Source of the DNA: Macrostomum lignano
Taxonomy: Eukaryota
NCBI GenBank assembly: GCA_002269645.1
Contig: NIVC01001332.1
Span: forward strand, 62,001 to 126,000
DNA: 64,000 bases
Reading direction: 5' to 3'
Made by a program: the position numbers and the translations under genes
Notes under the pieces: model-generated
The model's input: only the letters and a program-made list of their open reading frames with translations
Databases searched by the model: none
What the model was told of the DNA's origin: nothing
Part shown: positions 36,001 through 47,787 of the stretch, one piece after another
Layout of the letters: every line of letters starts with the position of its first letter
Position numbering within the stretch: position 1 is the first letter of the stretch

Positions 36001-39000
36001 CCTGACACTGAGAGCGATGCAAGATGCATTGAGCTCCTCCCAGCCGAAGTGAAGAATTGCCAGACAAAGACGTCGCTCATACTGATAAGGCTCATTAGGG
36101 ACTCGCTGCAAAAAAGCAAATGCTGCTCAAAAGCTGCTTGTCTCTTTGGAAAGTGTGGACCACTAGACCTGCTATTGAGGCTGCTCGGTTTAGTTAACAA
36201 GCGACATGCTAGGATTCTCAAGCAGTGCCATCACAAGGCCTTTGTTGGAGCTCTCAAAGGTAGAAACAAAGAAATCGTGTGCTACATTGTGAAGTCTAAA
36301 TTCAAGCCGGATTTCACGGACCCTGACATCCTGCATTATTTGGCGAACGAGGCTCTTCACGGTGACTTTGAGCTTATTGACTTTATATTTCACGAGTTGA
36401 GCTGCGTTGAAGAATCCCAAGAGCCTCAAGGAATATCTGATGCTGATCTAAGAACAGAATGTGCAGAGATAATCGCTGCCGTGCTTTACAAAAGCATGTC
36501 AGAGGGATTCGTGTCCCTTGCCATTGCGGTTATCAAATACGCAAACATGACCTACCTGTACAAATGCGGACTTACCTGTCTGATGGTGGCAGCGCTGGCC
36601 GGACATCACGAGCTGGTGAAACAAATTCTCGGCTCACCGGGCACCGACATCGATGCGGTGGATGAAACTGGCCAATCAGCACTGGCCAAGGCGTGCGTCA
36701 GAGGCCACCTGAGAGTCGCGATGACTCTGTTGGGTTCAGAGGCAAATTTGCAGCTTAGAGATCACGGAGGACGCGACTGCCTCAAACTGGCACGGCTTTA
36801 CAAGCAGAGAGACCTATTGAGACTGCTTCAACACCGACTCAAGATTCAAAGCACACCAGAACAGCCGTAAGTATTTTGATTTGAAACTCTTGAAATCAAG
36901 GGTGCAAGAGTCCATATTTTTCAATGAGTCCTTCTTACTCTGTGAAGTGTCACTTTTCTTCTTCTAGACCTGAATAAGCAATACAGACTCGACGCAGTAT
37001 GAATCTGGCTGTAAAGTGCAGAAAAGTATAAACTGCTTCGAATCTGTATTGCTTATTCAGATCTAGAAGAAGAAAAGTGACACTTCACAGAGTACGAAGG
37101 ACTCATCGAAAAATATGGACTTTAATGAAAAATATGAAAAATATCGACTAAGGCAAAATTTACGACCCCAGGAGATCAAACGGTTTATTAACAATATTTT
37201 GCTAAAACTTCTAAACTACTCTACTCTAAACTACTCTGTCTTTGTAGCGTCTTGCTTTTCTCTCACAGCACCAAAGTATCAAAGCAACATAGTCTTGACG
37301 AACTTCATGGGACTTTGAGTCAAAATTTGTGCTTTTTTCCTGTGGATTTTAGTGAGTGAGGCTTATCATTGTCTTTGACTTGCCTTAGTCTTGATGAAGT
37401 GCTCTTCGACGTCTTTCCTGTTCGATGACTATGAATGATATTTTATGATTAGGCTCATGGGATTAATTTACATTGAGCTCATTGATGAGTCCGTTCTCTG
37501 AGCATGCCTGTATTGAATACCTCTCACGAATTCTTCCTCCAACTGCTGCCTATCTACAGCGAAATCCTACAGAGTCCCGGAAACCTGACGCGCGGTGAAA
37601 GTCTGAGCAGAATTCTCAGCAGCGCTGGCTTCACTCGCGAGCGGGCCAAGCAGCAGCAGAGATTGGCTGACTTTTTGGAGACCCTGGCTGGCATCATCAC
37701 CAAAGACGGCAGGAGCATGACTGGCAGCTACGCAGACGGATGGGGCAACAGTCTGAAGCAGGTGAATGGACTGACCGCTGCCGACTCCGACATTGACTGG
37801 ACAGTCATCGTTGGCTCACAAGAGGAATATGAAGACAAAAATATGCAGCTGGTGTTTCATCTTGAGGGCAGTTGCCGATGTGGTGAGGCTAAAACCCAAA
37901 GCATCATTGATGGTCACGCACAGATACAGTCCCCTGCAGGTAAGTAGCTAATCAGCTAATAAACTAATAATATAACAAAATTGGATTCGCAAACCGCTCC
38001 GGAATTCCTGTTCCAGGAAGCCAGCCGGCGGTGGCAGCGGACGCTTGCGGAGTTCGATCTGCTGAAGACACATGCCATGCGTACCAGTGCTGTGGCAGTC
38101 TCACTCACCCAAAGAGAGTTCAGAAGCTGCTTCCAGCAGGTGCATTAGCGATGGAGGTGCACCTGGTGACTGCAACCAGACCTAACTCAGACAACGAGAT
38201 GAGAGTGAGTTTCAGCTTTCATGAGAAGGAAATCATGAGAGGCCTGAGCGAGACCCAGGGTCAGCTATTCGTGCTCATCAAGTTCATCTTTAAGAGGCTT
38301 TTACCAAGATATTATAATCTGTCCGGGCTTAAGACATACCATGCTAGAACTTTGATGTTCTTCATTCTGGTGACTTTTCCTAGCGACAGTTGGAGTCGGG
38401 AGAACCTCAGGAGCCTGCTAGCAAAGGCTTTAAACACGATGATTGAACTGATGGAAGAAAAAGGCTGTACTGACATTTGTATGCCGCACTTCTTCATTCC
38501 TGGCGCATTTTTATATGTCAAAAATGCTGGAATCGGCGGCCCCTTTTTGAAATCAAAAGTTGAAATCCTTGAAAAACTGATTGAGATTAAGAACAACATC
38601 GAGATTGTAGAACGGCACCTTCTCGAGACCGTGAGTCCGTTGGAATCTGACGTCTTCCATTTCCACCCGTTCGCCCTGCTGCCTCTGACAGTGCCTCCAG
38701 ATGAGGAGGAAGTTCAGCAAGACAAGTTCGCTCACATCTACTGCATCGTGTTCGAAATTCTTGGTGAGCTGCGCTCTGAAATTTGGGACAAAGAAGCCTT
38801 GCTGAGTCAAGCAGAGCGACTGCCAGACTGCTGTATGATGGCCAAGCTGTGTCTCATGGCCATGGCTCACTTGAAATCCAAAGATGAGAACACTGCCAAA
38901 CAGCTTCTGCAGCGACACTCTCAGCTCAATGTTCTCAGATCTTTGTCGCCTGAAAATTTGCGCCACCTTGACGAAATCACATCGGACTGGCTGTGGCGGT

Positions 39001-39662
39001 TCTGCTTCATTCACCACAACCTGCCGGAGATGGAGTTTCTGCCCGAGTTCTCCAGATCCCTGATCTGCGTCAAGAGACCGGAGCGAGGACCGACCCACCT
39101 GTACGTGAACTTCCGCTGCCTCTGGTGGAGTCTCGGAGCTGAGCTTCTTGCCGACTCCAGGAAGTCACAAACTGACAGCTGGTTCCATGAGCTTCAGGAC
39201 AGTCCTGGCAGCGAGGATTTTGAGGAGCTGCGCACACTGACTGAGTTCAGCGACAGTCAGCACCACGTGGATTTCTGTGTGGAGAGAGCCAGGAAACTTA
39301 AGGACGAAAAGCGATTGCAGACAACAGACGATGTACATTTTACACGAATGATGCAGAGGCAGAGTTACCTGCAGAGTCAGAGCAGCCCACACTTACGAGT
39401 CGGAGCGCATCAAAAAATGCCGATTTCCGACCAGATCGTCTGGATTCTGCTGGCCGTTTCCGTCTGCTTTTATTTTTATTTTTATTTCGACATAATTCGA
39501 ATGTTCGTATCGCCCGTGGTGAATTCGCCGCACCACGCTATGAACACGCTGGTGCAGCTTTGGCATCTCGCTGATGATTTCCGTTTTCTGGGGTTCTGCA
39601 AGAATTTACTTTGCATCGTGTCGTTTTCTGTTCATTTATTCAACATCTTACGAAGGCGATGA
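33022..39662 (+). CDS. ANK-cGLR copy 2: alpha-solenoid + ankyrin repeats + Mab-21/cGAS-like nucleotidyltransferase + C-terminal hydrophobic helices (exons 33022-36866, 37560-37939, 38017-39662; 1956 aa)
   Basis: GTAAGT at 36867 overlaps the apparent stop; acceptor tatctacAG at 37558-37559 is phase 2 and in frame. GTAAGT at 37940 and acceptor ctgttccAG at 38015-38016 are phase 1 and in frame. Motifs TGSYADG...SDIDW, EDTCHAY and KTYHARTLMFFILV...PHFFIP. Intron phases are identical to copy 1. Confidence 0.9.
36909..37121. repeat. Inverted repeat (90-bp arms, 5 mismatches, 33-bp loop), MITE-like, inside intron 1 of ANK-cGLR copy 2
   Basis: 36909-36998 is the reverse complement of 37032-37121. 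Confidence 0.9.
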
Positions 39663-40464
39663 ATTACTGCAACCTGCATGATGCAGTTGAATGTATGCAT
39701 AAGCTGTTCTGTAGCACTCGGTCTACATCTATTAATTATAGTATAGATCTTTAGTATTTTGAAGTTACAGTGTAACATGAAGTTGCCTTATGCTACGGAA
39801 GAAATTGCACGAAAAAAGGTTTTTAGATTATCTATATCGTTATGAAAAAAAATTAAAATAATAATTGAACCAAAATTAACCTAGGAAGTGTACTCGTACT
39901 TTTACTAGCTAGTTTGTAGTAACAAAGCTATTATGCTCAAATAGAACGTTGATTTTTTTCGAATTTCTGCGTTTTCGGAGGAGTTTTCGATTTTTAACTC
40001 ATAAAGAATCAATAACGGCTGTATTTTTCTATTAATCTTATTATCTTTTTAAGTGCATTAAATTCAATTATTGCAATAGAATCGCAATATTTTTTTGAAT
40101 TATTTACAATTGTATAAGGGCAAATCCATTGCATACTTTTTCCCATTCTTTCGGCCAGCATGAGCTTATATACTAATTTTATTTTTTATAGTGAATATAA
40201 TTTTCATTCGCTTGCTTTCAAAACTTTTTTCTTTGATAAAGGCCGTTTACCTCGATTTAATATTTAACTTTTACAAATATATTCAGTCGATATTTTTCAA
40301 AGGTCGATATCCGCAATAGCTCATTCAGCTACACAATCAATATATTATAATATATCAGAAATTGTAACAGCTGAATTGCTATCGTCAGCTTTAATTATAT
40401 ATCACAGCTCTTTCTCTGAGTTTTTGTGTACATTACATTTAAGGGGGTTCGTAATGAGATGTCC

Positions 40465-41461
40465 TCCTACCAATGATTTAAGTTGAAAATATTCGCCTTA
40501 TTGTTGTGTTCATGGGAATTTAACACTCATTAGGAATTCCAATTGTATATTGGCACAGAAAATTTCTTTTAAAATATGTCGGTCTTCATATAAACATATA
40601 TGAACCATTTATCATACATATATGCATGTGTGTGTACTGCGTAGCTACATGCGAAATTTTCCTAGAAAATTCTAATAAAATGTAAATTGTTTACTCTGTA
40701 AGTGTTATTTTGCGCATTTAGCAGCAGCTAATATCAGATTTGCATACCCGGTATACTGGCCGATCGAGAGCCAGATATAAAAAGCATCCGACCAGCGCTA
40801 CGCTCAAACGAAACGCAGATATTATTCGCAGCGGAGAGGGAGAGCGAGAGATCGCCGGCCGGAAAACAAGGACTAACCCCGGGGCGCCCCAAGCCAGACA
40901 GGACTATAATAACGAGCGGGCTGGGGGTGGGTGCACGACAAAGCTTAATTTCAGGCTAGCATAATTATGCGCGGCTTTCCTATTGGCCGGCGCGAAAAAC
41001 CAACTTGAAAAACAGGAGTTATCGATCGCATTGTACATAGGCTTTACGAACGTCGACACGCAATGTTGTTAAAATTCCTTGGGCATTACTATAAGCAGAC
41101 GTTAGAGTACGAGACCATCAAATTAACAATATTATAGAAATGGCACTTGCTTTCGCTAAAACGGCCCTTGTCGGGGCCACCTCAACTGAAGACAACCACA
41201 GTCTTCCTAACAATGATTTTAAGTTGACAATTACACTGTATGTCATTGTTGTGTTCATGTGAATTTTGCACTCATGGGAAATTGTTTGGCACAGAAAATT
41301 TTCTTTGAAAATATGACGGTCTGCATTACATATATAACTGCGCATAAATATGCACATGTGTGTGTACTGTGTGTAGCATGCAAAAATAACCTTAAAAATT
41401 CTAATAAAATGTTGTTTACTACATGTAAGTGTAATTTGCGAATTTTTAGTAGCTATAATCA
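40465..41461. repeat. Diverged direct duplication of ~260 bp (40465-40737 and 41203-41461)
   Basis: Shared blocks ttgttgtgttcatg, ttggcacagaaaattt, atgtgtgtgtactg and aaaattctaataaaatgt. Confidence 0.7.
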
Positions 41462-42439
41462 GCTCTACGCTCTTATATAAGCCCTGAAGTCGCATTTATA
41501 GTTAAATTTTGTTAGCTCGTATACATGAAGTACGACTTTAATTATACATGTACATGCAAATAGGACAAAAACGATTTTTTGGGTTGCATTTGGATCGTTT
41601 TACGATAAATCTATTATAACTCGGAGCTGCATGTCCAACCTGCACCATTCAGAGGAATTGGCAAGTAACAAGATCTCGATGCATGGATACTGTAATAGCA
41701 GTTGACGCTAGGGAGGGAAACGGGGGACTCCTGGTCAGTCTCAAGCAGAAGACGATTGAGTGCGTCCACACCGTAGATGAAAACCGATCGAGTTGAGTTC
41801 CGAGAGCAGGAATCAGTCTGCAAATCTGCAACACCAAAGCGTCTTCACTATTTAGCACCGGCAGACGAATAGTCCACTGCATTTAATCAGGGCAGACGAA
41901 TAGTCCGGCGGTAGAATATTCCTGGATCATTCGATTGCTATTATAATTATTTAGTTGCTTATTTACAATGTATTTATTTAGTTATTCGTTTAAGCAAAGC
42001 CTTTTTAGTATTTAAGTGTAAAATCTTATTAAAATGTTTTTTAAATAGTTTTCTGCTTTATAAACAGTTTGCTTACCTTCTTCGTAAACTAAATGTTTAA
42101 TAAAAAAAAGTTTTGTTAAAAATAATAAAATTTAAACATTAAAATATGTTGTTTTACACTCGCAAAATTTAGGATGTAGATTGGTTGTATTCGCCAATCA
42201 AATATGTGGTCTTCGTCTCAATTTGCCTTTAATGTGCAAGTTCCAACGTGTCTTCTTGGCTGTAACTGGTTTGCGTTAAAGCAGAAATTTCTTTCGTATC
42301 TTAGTTTGCTCCTTTTGCGACTTTGTTGCTTTTGTTGCAACTTTCCTGATCCTTTTGCATTGCAACTTAGTTGCTCTTTTTGTCAACCCTTGTTGAAAAA
42401 TAAAAGCTGTTTTTAAGTAAAAAATAATTAAACAAGAAT

Positions 42440-45280
42440 TACTTTTAAATGGTTCTCAAAGACTATAGTCAAGTGCATCTAATCATTATAAAAGTACTAT
42501 AAAATGCTTTTTTACTTTGTTGCTACTATTTAAGTAGTTAGACTATAAATTTTTCTTAGGCCTAGCTTATATTAGTGGCCATATATTATATATATTTTAA
42601 ATTAATGAAATTGCCTTATTGGAATAAGTTGCAGGGGCATAGCCAGACATTTCCTATGGGGGATACACCAAGGTAAATTTTCTATAGGGAGGATATACCA
42701 AGGTATAAAAGTGCTGACAGACAGCTGTATGCAGAAAGGTTAGTCCAGACTAGTTAGTCCGGACTTGGGTAGTTCAGTCTATAGTCTATGGTCTAGCTAC
42801 CTTAGTTCTGTCTATAGTAGACCAGTTCAACTTTGTGTTTCTGCATACAAAATCCAAGTCTAGACTAGCTTTTTAAGACTAGACTACCCTAAATAAAGCT
42901 TTTTGCATATGACCTAGAGACCAGAGTCACATGGTAGTAGGAGGTCCAGTGAGATTTTTATAAACTTCTAAATTTCTTATTTTTAACTATGTAGTATAAT
43001 AGATCTTATTTGTATGAGTAAAAAGACACCTCACTTTTGAATTTTGGTCAAGTAATAAAAAAGTACTTTTAGTGTCATATTTTTTTATACTTTCATAATG
43101 CAATTTTCCCATAAAGCAATGTGATCATTTTTTGCTCAAAAAGTCTGATTTTCCAAGTTATAATTAACATAACTTTTGAACTATTCAATGGATTTTCATT
43201 CTTTATATGTCATTTTTAGCATTTTTCTTGTAGATTATTTTGCATTAGTCCTTTAAAAAATATAAGTAATTATAGTTTTTCTTTTATTCTCAAAATAAAA
43301 ATATGCCACATATAAAATTTTAATCCTTACACCATAATTAAGCTTGTTTTGTCCTTATATTGATCATCCAGATGTAACACCAAGTCGATCCAGCTGGCTG
43401 GCAAGGGGCCCAGCCAAGGTAAGCTGCAAAAATGCATGACCAGTATATTTTTTAGAATAGGCATATACTACATTTTTGGCATGCATTTTTCTTTGGGTGA
43501 GCACCTAGCATGATCCAGGCTATGGGTTAACCTCTAAACAGCAAGAAAGAGTATATTTTGAAACTGAGTGATGATTTTATGAAACATCAATCAAAACAAA
43601 AAGTCTAATAGAATATGAACTTTTAATTTACTGACTTAAATTCATACTTATATCTTTGTATTATACTTATAAAAAATAAAATGTTAAGCTTCAAAATTTT
43701 GCAAAAATAGGTTTGCCACTTCTTTAAAATTTGTTAAATCATTGCAAAAAAATTATGTATTTACACTTTGTTTAGTCTAAATTTGCTTAGTCTTCTTGTC
43801 TTATATGCCATACATGCCATACACTAGATACCAAAGGCTCTTGCATGCTGGAATTTTCCATGGAATGGCCTCTGGGAGACTATAGTTTACTAGGATATAA
43901 GTCTATATGCTGATCATCTTGAGTAAAGTAGGTTGTACAACATATGTTACAACTCATTCTCACTTTTAAGCTTAGTAATATTTGAAACATTTGCAGATAT
44001 AAGAAAGTAAATAGGAATATCATGCACTTCTATCTCATTTGTCTATTGATTTTGACATCTAATGTTGCCTTCTATTATAATCTAGATCACAATAAACTAT
44101 CAATAGAATAGATAAGTACTAAGATAACTACTGATTTTAATGTCATCTTACATTTGCTTAAAGCTGCTATAGCACATCTTCTAACAAGAGCAAATAAAAG
44201 GGAAAGCATTTGTATAGCTTAAATTTGTGCATTTATCCTTGCAACCCATTTTTTGTTTGTTTCAAATGCCTTGCATTCAATTTTTATTGCAATTTGAATA
44301 GACTGGATGAAAGATAGATTAGACATTTTTTCTTATCATTTCTTATCTAGATTAGAAATGGACAAGTAAGGTAGATAAGAAATTGGTTGATTGAGATTTA
44401 GACAAAAAACAAAAATAATTAGACAATGTAGAAATCAGGTAAAGTGGCTCGCTTAATGAAGAGTAGATAAATAAAGGTCAATATCAACATTAAGTATTAG
44501 TTAATTATTTGAGTTGCTGATACATTTTGTTTGGTTCAAATAAATTTTGACCTGGAAGATATTCAATATTGGACAATGGACAAAATGCATCAGCAACTCA
44601 AATAAATAACTAGTACTTAATGCTGATATTGACCTTTATTTAATTAGATAATGCACCCAATATCTAGTGAGCAGCTTTATCCAATGAAAAAATTGGACAA
44701 AAATGGGTAATTTTAATTCATCTGCTTCCAAATTTCATTGTTTAATAATAAATTGTAGTAATTTTTGGGTGGGCATTTTTGCAATTTACCTTGGCTAAGT
44801 CAGATTGGCTAGCTTAGCTGGGTGTTATGCATTCATGAATAGGGGAGTTATATAACAATGTGACTTCAAATTGCATCTTGAAATTAGACCTTAGATGCAA
44901 TTTTGCATTTTAGTGCCAGAAAGTCTTCAATGTAATAGTTTATTTATACAAGAAATTGCATACATTTATTGAAAAAAGCATTGATAGTAACTTGGCTTAT
45001 AAAATACTTACAAAATAAAGTTAGTGCAACATATACTTCTGAGGTAAAAACCTATTACCTTTTTCAAATGCAATTTCAAGACTATAGTCCAATAGTTTTT
45101 AGTTTAATTGGCCTCTAGTCAATCTAGGTTTCTCACAATTAAGTTTTTGTTCTGAATTATTGGAATTCAATGAATTAAAAACCTTGAGATGTAAAATTGC
45201 CAAGATAGCAACTAAATGAAATCTCTAAATATACACCTATTATAATATATACCTTTTTTGATACCTGACCAAGCTACCTG
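42440..45280. other. AT-rich, almost CpG-free block, probably a decayed repeat
   Basis: I count only 3 CG dinucleotides in ~2.8 kb (near 42740, 43386 and 44450), whereas the flanking AT-rich DNA has many. Confidence 0.75.
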
Positions 45281-45293
45281 TTCGTTTAACTGC

Positions 45294-47521
45294 ATGGCCT
45301 CAGCCTCCTCCTGTATTGGCTGCGGCCGAATCCTGCTAGGTTTCCAGCCAGTCCGCTACGCTCGCCACAAGCCATGGCATCCGCGCTTTAAAATAATTCG
45401 CCAATTAAGAGTGCACGAATTCGGGCCGGAGCTGCGCAATCGGCCCAGCGTTTGGTTTGAAGATGAATTCGGCCGGCAGCGCAGTATGCCAGATCGAATT
45501 AAACTGATGCAGTCGCACAGTCAGATACAGACTCTGCCATTCCTGCACGGCAGCCTGTTCCATCGGTCATCCGATCGGATCTTCGAACCAATGGAAGAAG
45601 CTGACGCTGTAGAGGGCAGCGGCCTGCGCAGTCTGGTGAATAAAACCGCCAGACTCTGGGACCAGAAGAAGCCGAAAAGTTCGCATAGAGAGGCGGAGAA
45701 TCTATTGAAGAATAATGATCTGATTCCTAGCGGTGGCAAGGAGGAGCTGGCCCGCCTGTTGCAGGATGACTATGTGTCTGTTAATGAGCAGCTGCAGGAG
45801 TGAGTATATCGGCTCTGCTGCCGTATTGCTTCCTTTTTTGCTAAAACTTCTGTGTTATTCATCTTGAACTGATTTCAATCTCAACACATTTCAGTCTTAA
45901 TAAGAATGCCGAAAATCTACATGAAAATCATTTGACACCGCGAGGATTCAAGGTATAAATAGATGATTCAATGCTTTCTTGTTAATTTTTGCTTAAGAGC
46001 TTTGCTAAACCTCCCAAATCCTTATTTGCCGGGCCAGCCTCCCAGATCCTCATTTGCCGGGCCAGCCTCCCAGATCCTCATTTGCCGGGTCAGCCTCACA
46101 GATCCACAATTGCTGAGCCAGCCTCCCAGATCCTCAGTTGCTGGGCCAGCCTCCCAGATCCTCAGTTGCTGGGCCAGCCTCCCAGATCCTCAGTTGCTAA
46201 GCCAGCCTCCCAGATCCTCAGTTGCTGGGCCAGCCTCCCAGATCCTCGGTTGCTGGGCCAGCCTCCCAGATCCTCAGTTGCTAAGCCAGCCTCCCAGATC
46301 CTCAGTTGCTGGGCCAGCCTCCCAGATCCTCAGTGGCTGGGCCAGCCTCCCAGATCCTCAGTTGCCGAGCCAGCCTCCCAGATCCTCAATTTCTGTGCCA
46401 GCCTCCCAGATCCTCAGTTGCCGAGTCAGCCTCCCAGATCCTCAATTTCTGTGCCAGCCTCCCAGATCCTCAGCTGCTGGGCCAACCTACCAGATCCTCA
46501 GTTGCTGAGCCAGCCTTCCAGATTCTCAGTTGCTGGGCCAGCCTCCCATATCCTCAGTTGCTGGGCCACCAGCCTCCTATATCCTCAGTTGCTGAGCCAG
46601 CCTACCAGATCCTCAGTTGCTGAGCCAGCCTCCCAGATCCTCAGTTTCTGGACCAGCCTCCTAGATCCTCAGTTTCTGGACCAGCCTACCAGATCCTCAG
46701 TTGCTGAGCCAGCCTCCCAGATCCTCAGTTTCTGGACCAGCCTCAGATCCTCAGTTGCTGGGCCAGCCTCCCAGATCCTCAGTTGCTGGACCAGCCTCCC
46801 AGATCCTCAGTTTCTGGGCCAGCCTCCCAGATCCTCAGTTGCTAGTCCACCAGCCTCACAGATCCTCAGTTGCTGGGCCAGCCTCCCAGATCCTCAGTTG
46901 CTAGTCCACCAGCCTCACAGATCCTCAGTTGCTGGGCCAGCCTCACAGATCCTCAGTTGCTGGGCCAGCCTCCCAGATCCTCAGTTTCTGGACCAGCCTA
47001 CCAGATCCTCAGTTGCTGAGCCAGCCTCCCAGATCCTCAGTTTCTGGACCAGCCTCACAGATTCTCAGTTGCTGGGCAGGACCAGCCTCCCAAATCCTCA
47101 GTGGCTTTGCCACTCAGCCTCCCAGATCCTCAGTTGATCCCAGCTTCCCACCATTTTCTCCCATCAATTTTTCCAGTGCATGACGGACGACATTCTAAAC
47201 CGGTCCTACCGCTTCGAACTACTGTCAGTAGTCAGCGAGCCGAAGATAATGAAATTTGCTAAACAAGAAATCGGTCGAGGTCTGCAATTTGTTCAAGCCA
47301 CTGTGCGCGTTCACCTCAGACAGCGCCGGGCAATATTTGACAGGTTCGGCCGGCTGATCCTCGGCTCGTGGGAGACTCCGCGCGAGCTGGTGGAATTCCC
47401 CGTGTACGAATGTAACGCAACTGCCGAGTTTCACCAGTGGCTGCTGCACGGGCGCTACCAGTCTAAGGATAACCGGCTGCCCCTGTTGCCCACATTTCGT
47501 TACTACGATCAGGCTGCTTGA
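45294..47521 (+). CDS. MRPL45: Mitochondrial ribosomal protein mL45, Tim44-like (exons 45294-45799, 45895-45952, 47177-47521; 302 aa)
   Basis: QATVRVHLRQRRAIFDRFGRLILGSWETPRELVEFPVYE matches the MRPL45 signature ([32 protein letters not shown]). Both introns are GT-AG and keep frame. Confidence 0.9.
46000..47135. repeat. 28-bp minisatellite (gctgggccagcctcccagatcctcagtt)n in MRPL45 intron 2
   Basis: Direct 28-bp periodicity. Confidence 0.95.
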
Positions 47522-47787
47522 TATGCAATCGATTTGGTGCAGTTGTTTTTTGTTTGTTTAAAATATTCGACTTAAAATCTGAAAATCCTATTTCAATTTA
47601 ATGCTTTTAGTATCTAAATCGAATATGATATCAATTAGTATTGAAGTAATGTTATTGGCGTAGCTTAAATTTTCAGAAAGTAAACCGAAATTTGCCTTGC
47701 TATTAATATCTGTTAACAAAATGATTTTCCGTATTCCTTTTTATTTATAATTTTATTTCTTATCGTAAGTTTATTGTAAATAACTCT

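Noticed and set aside
16589-36870. NLR/STAND identity for the large solenoid proteins
   Set aside because: No Walker A P-loop (GxxxxGK[ST]) or LRR pattern was seen.
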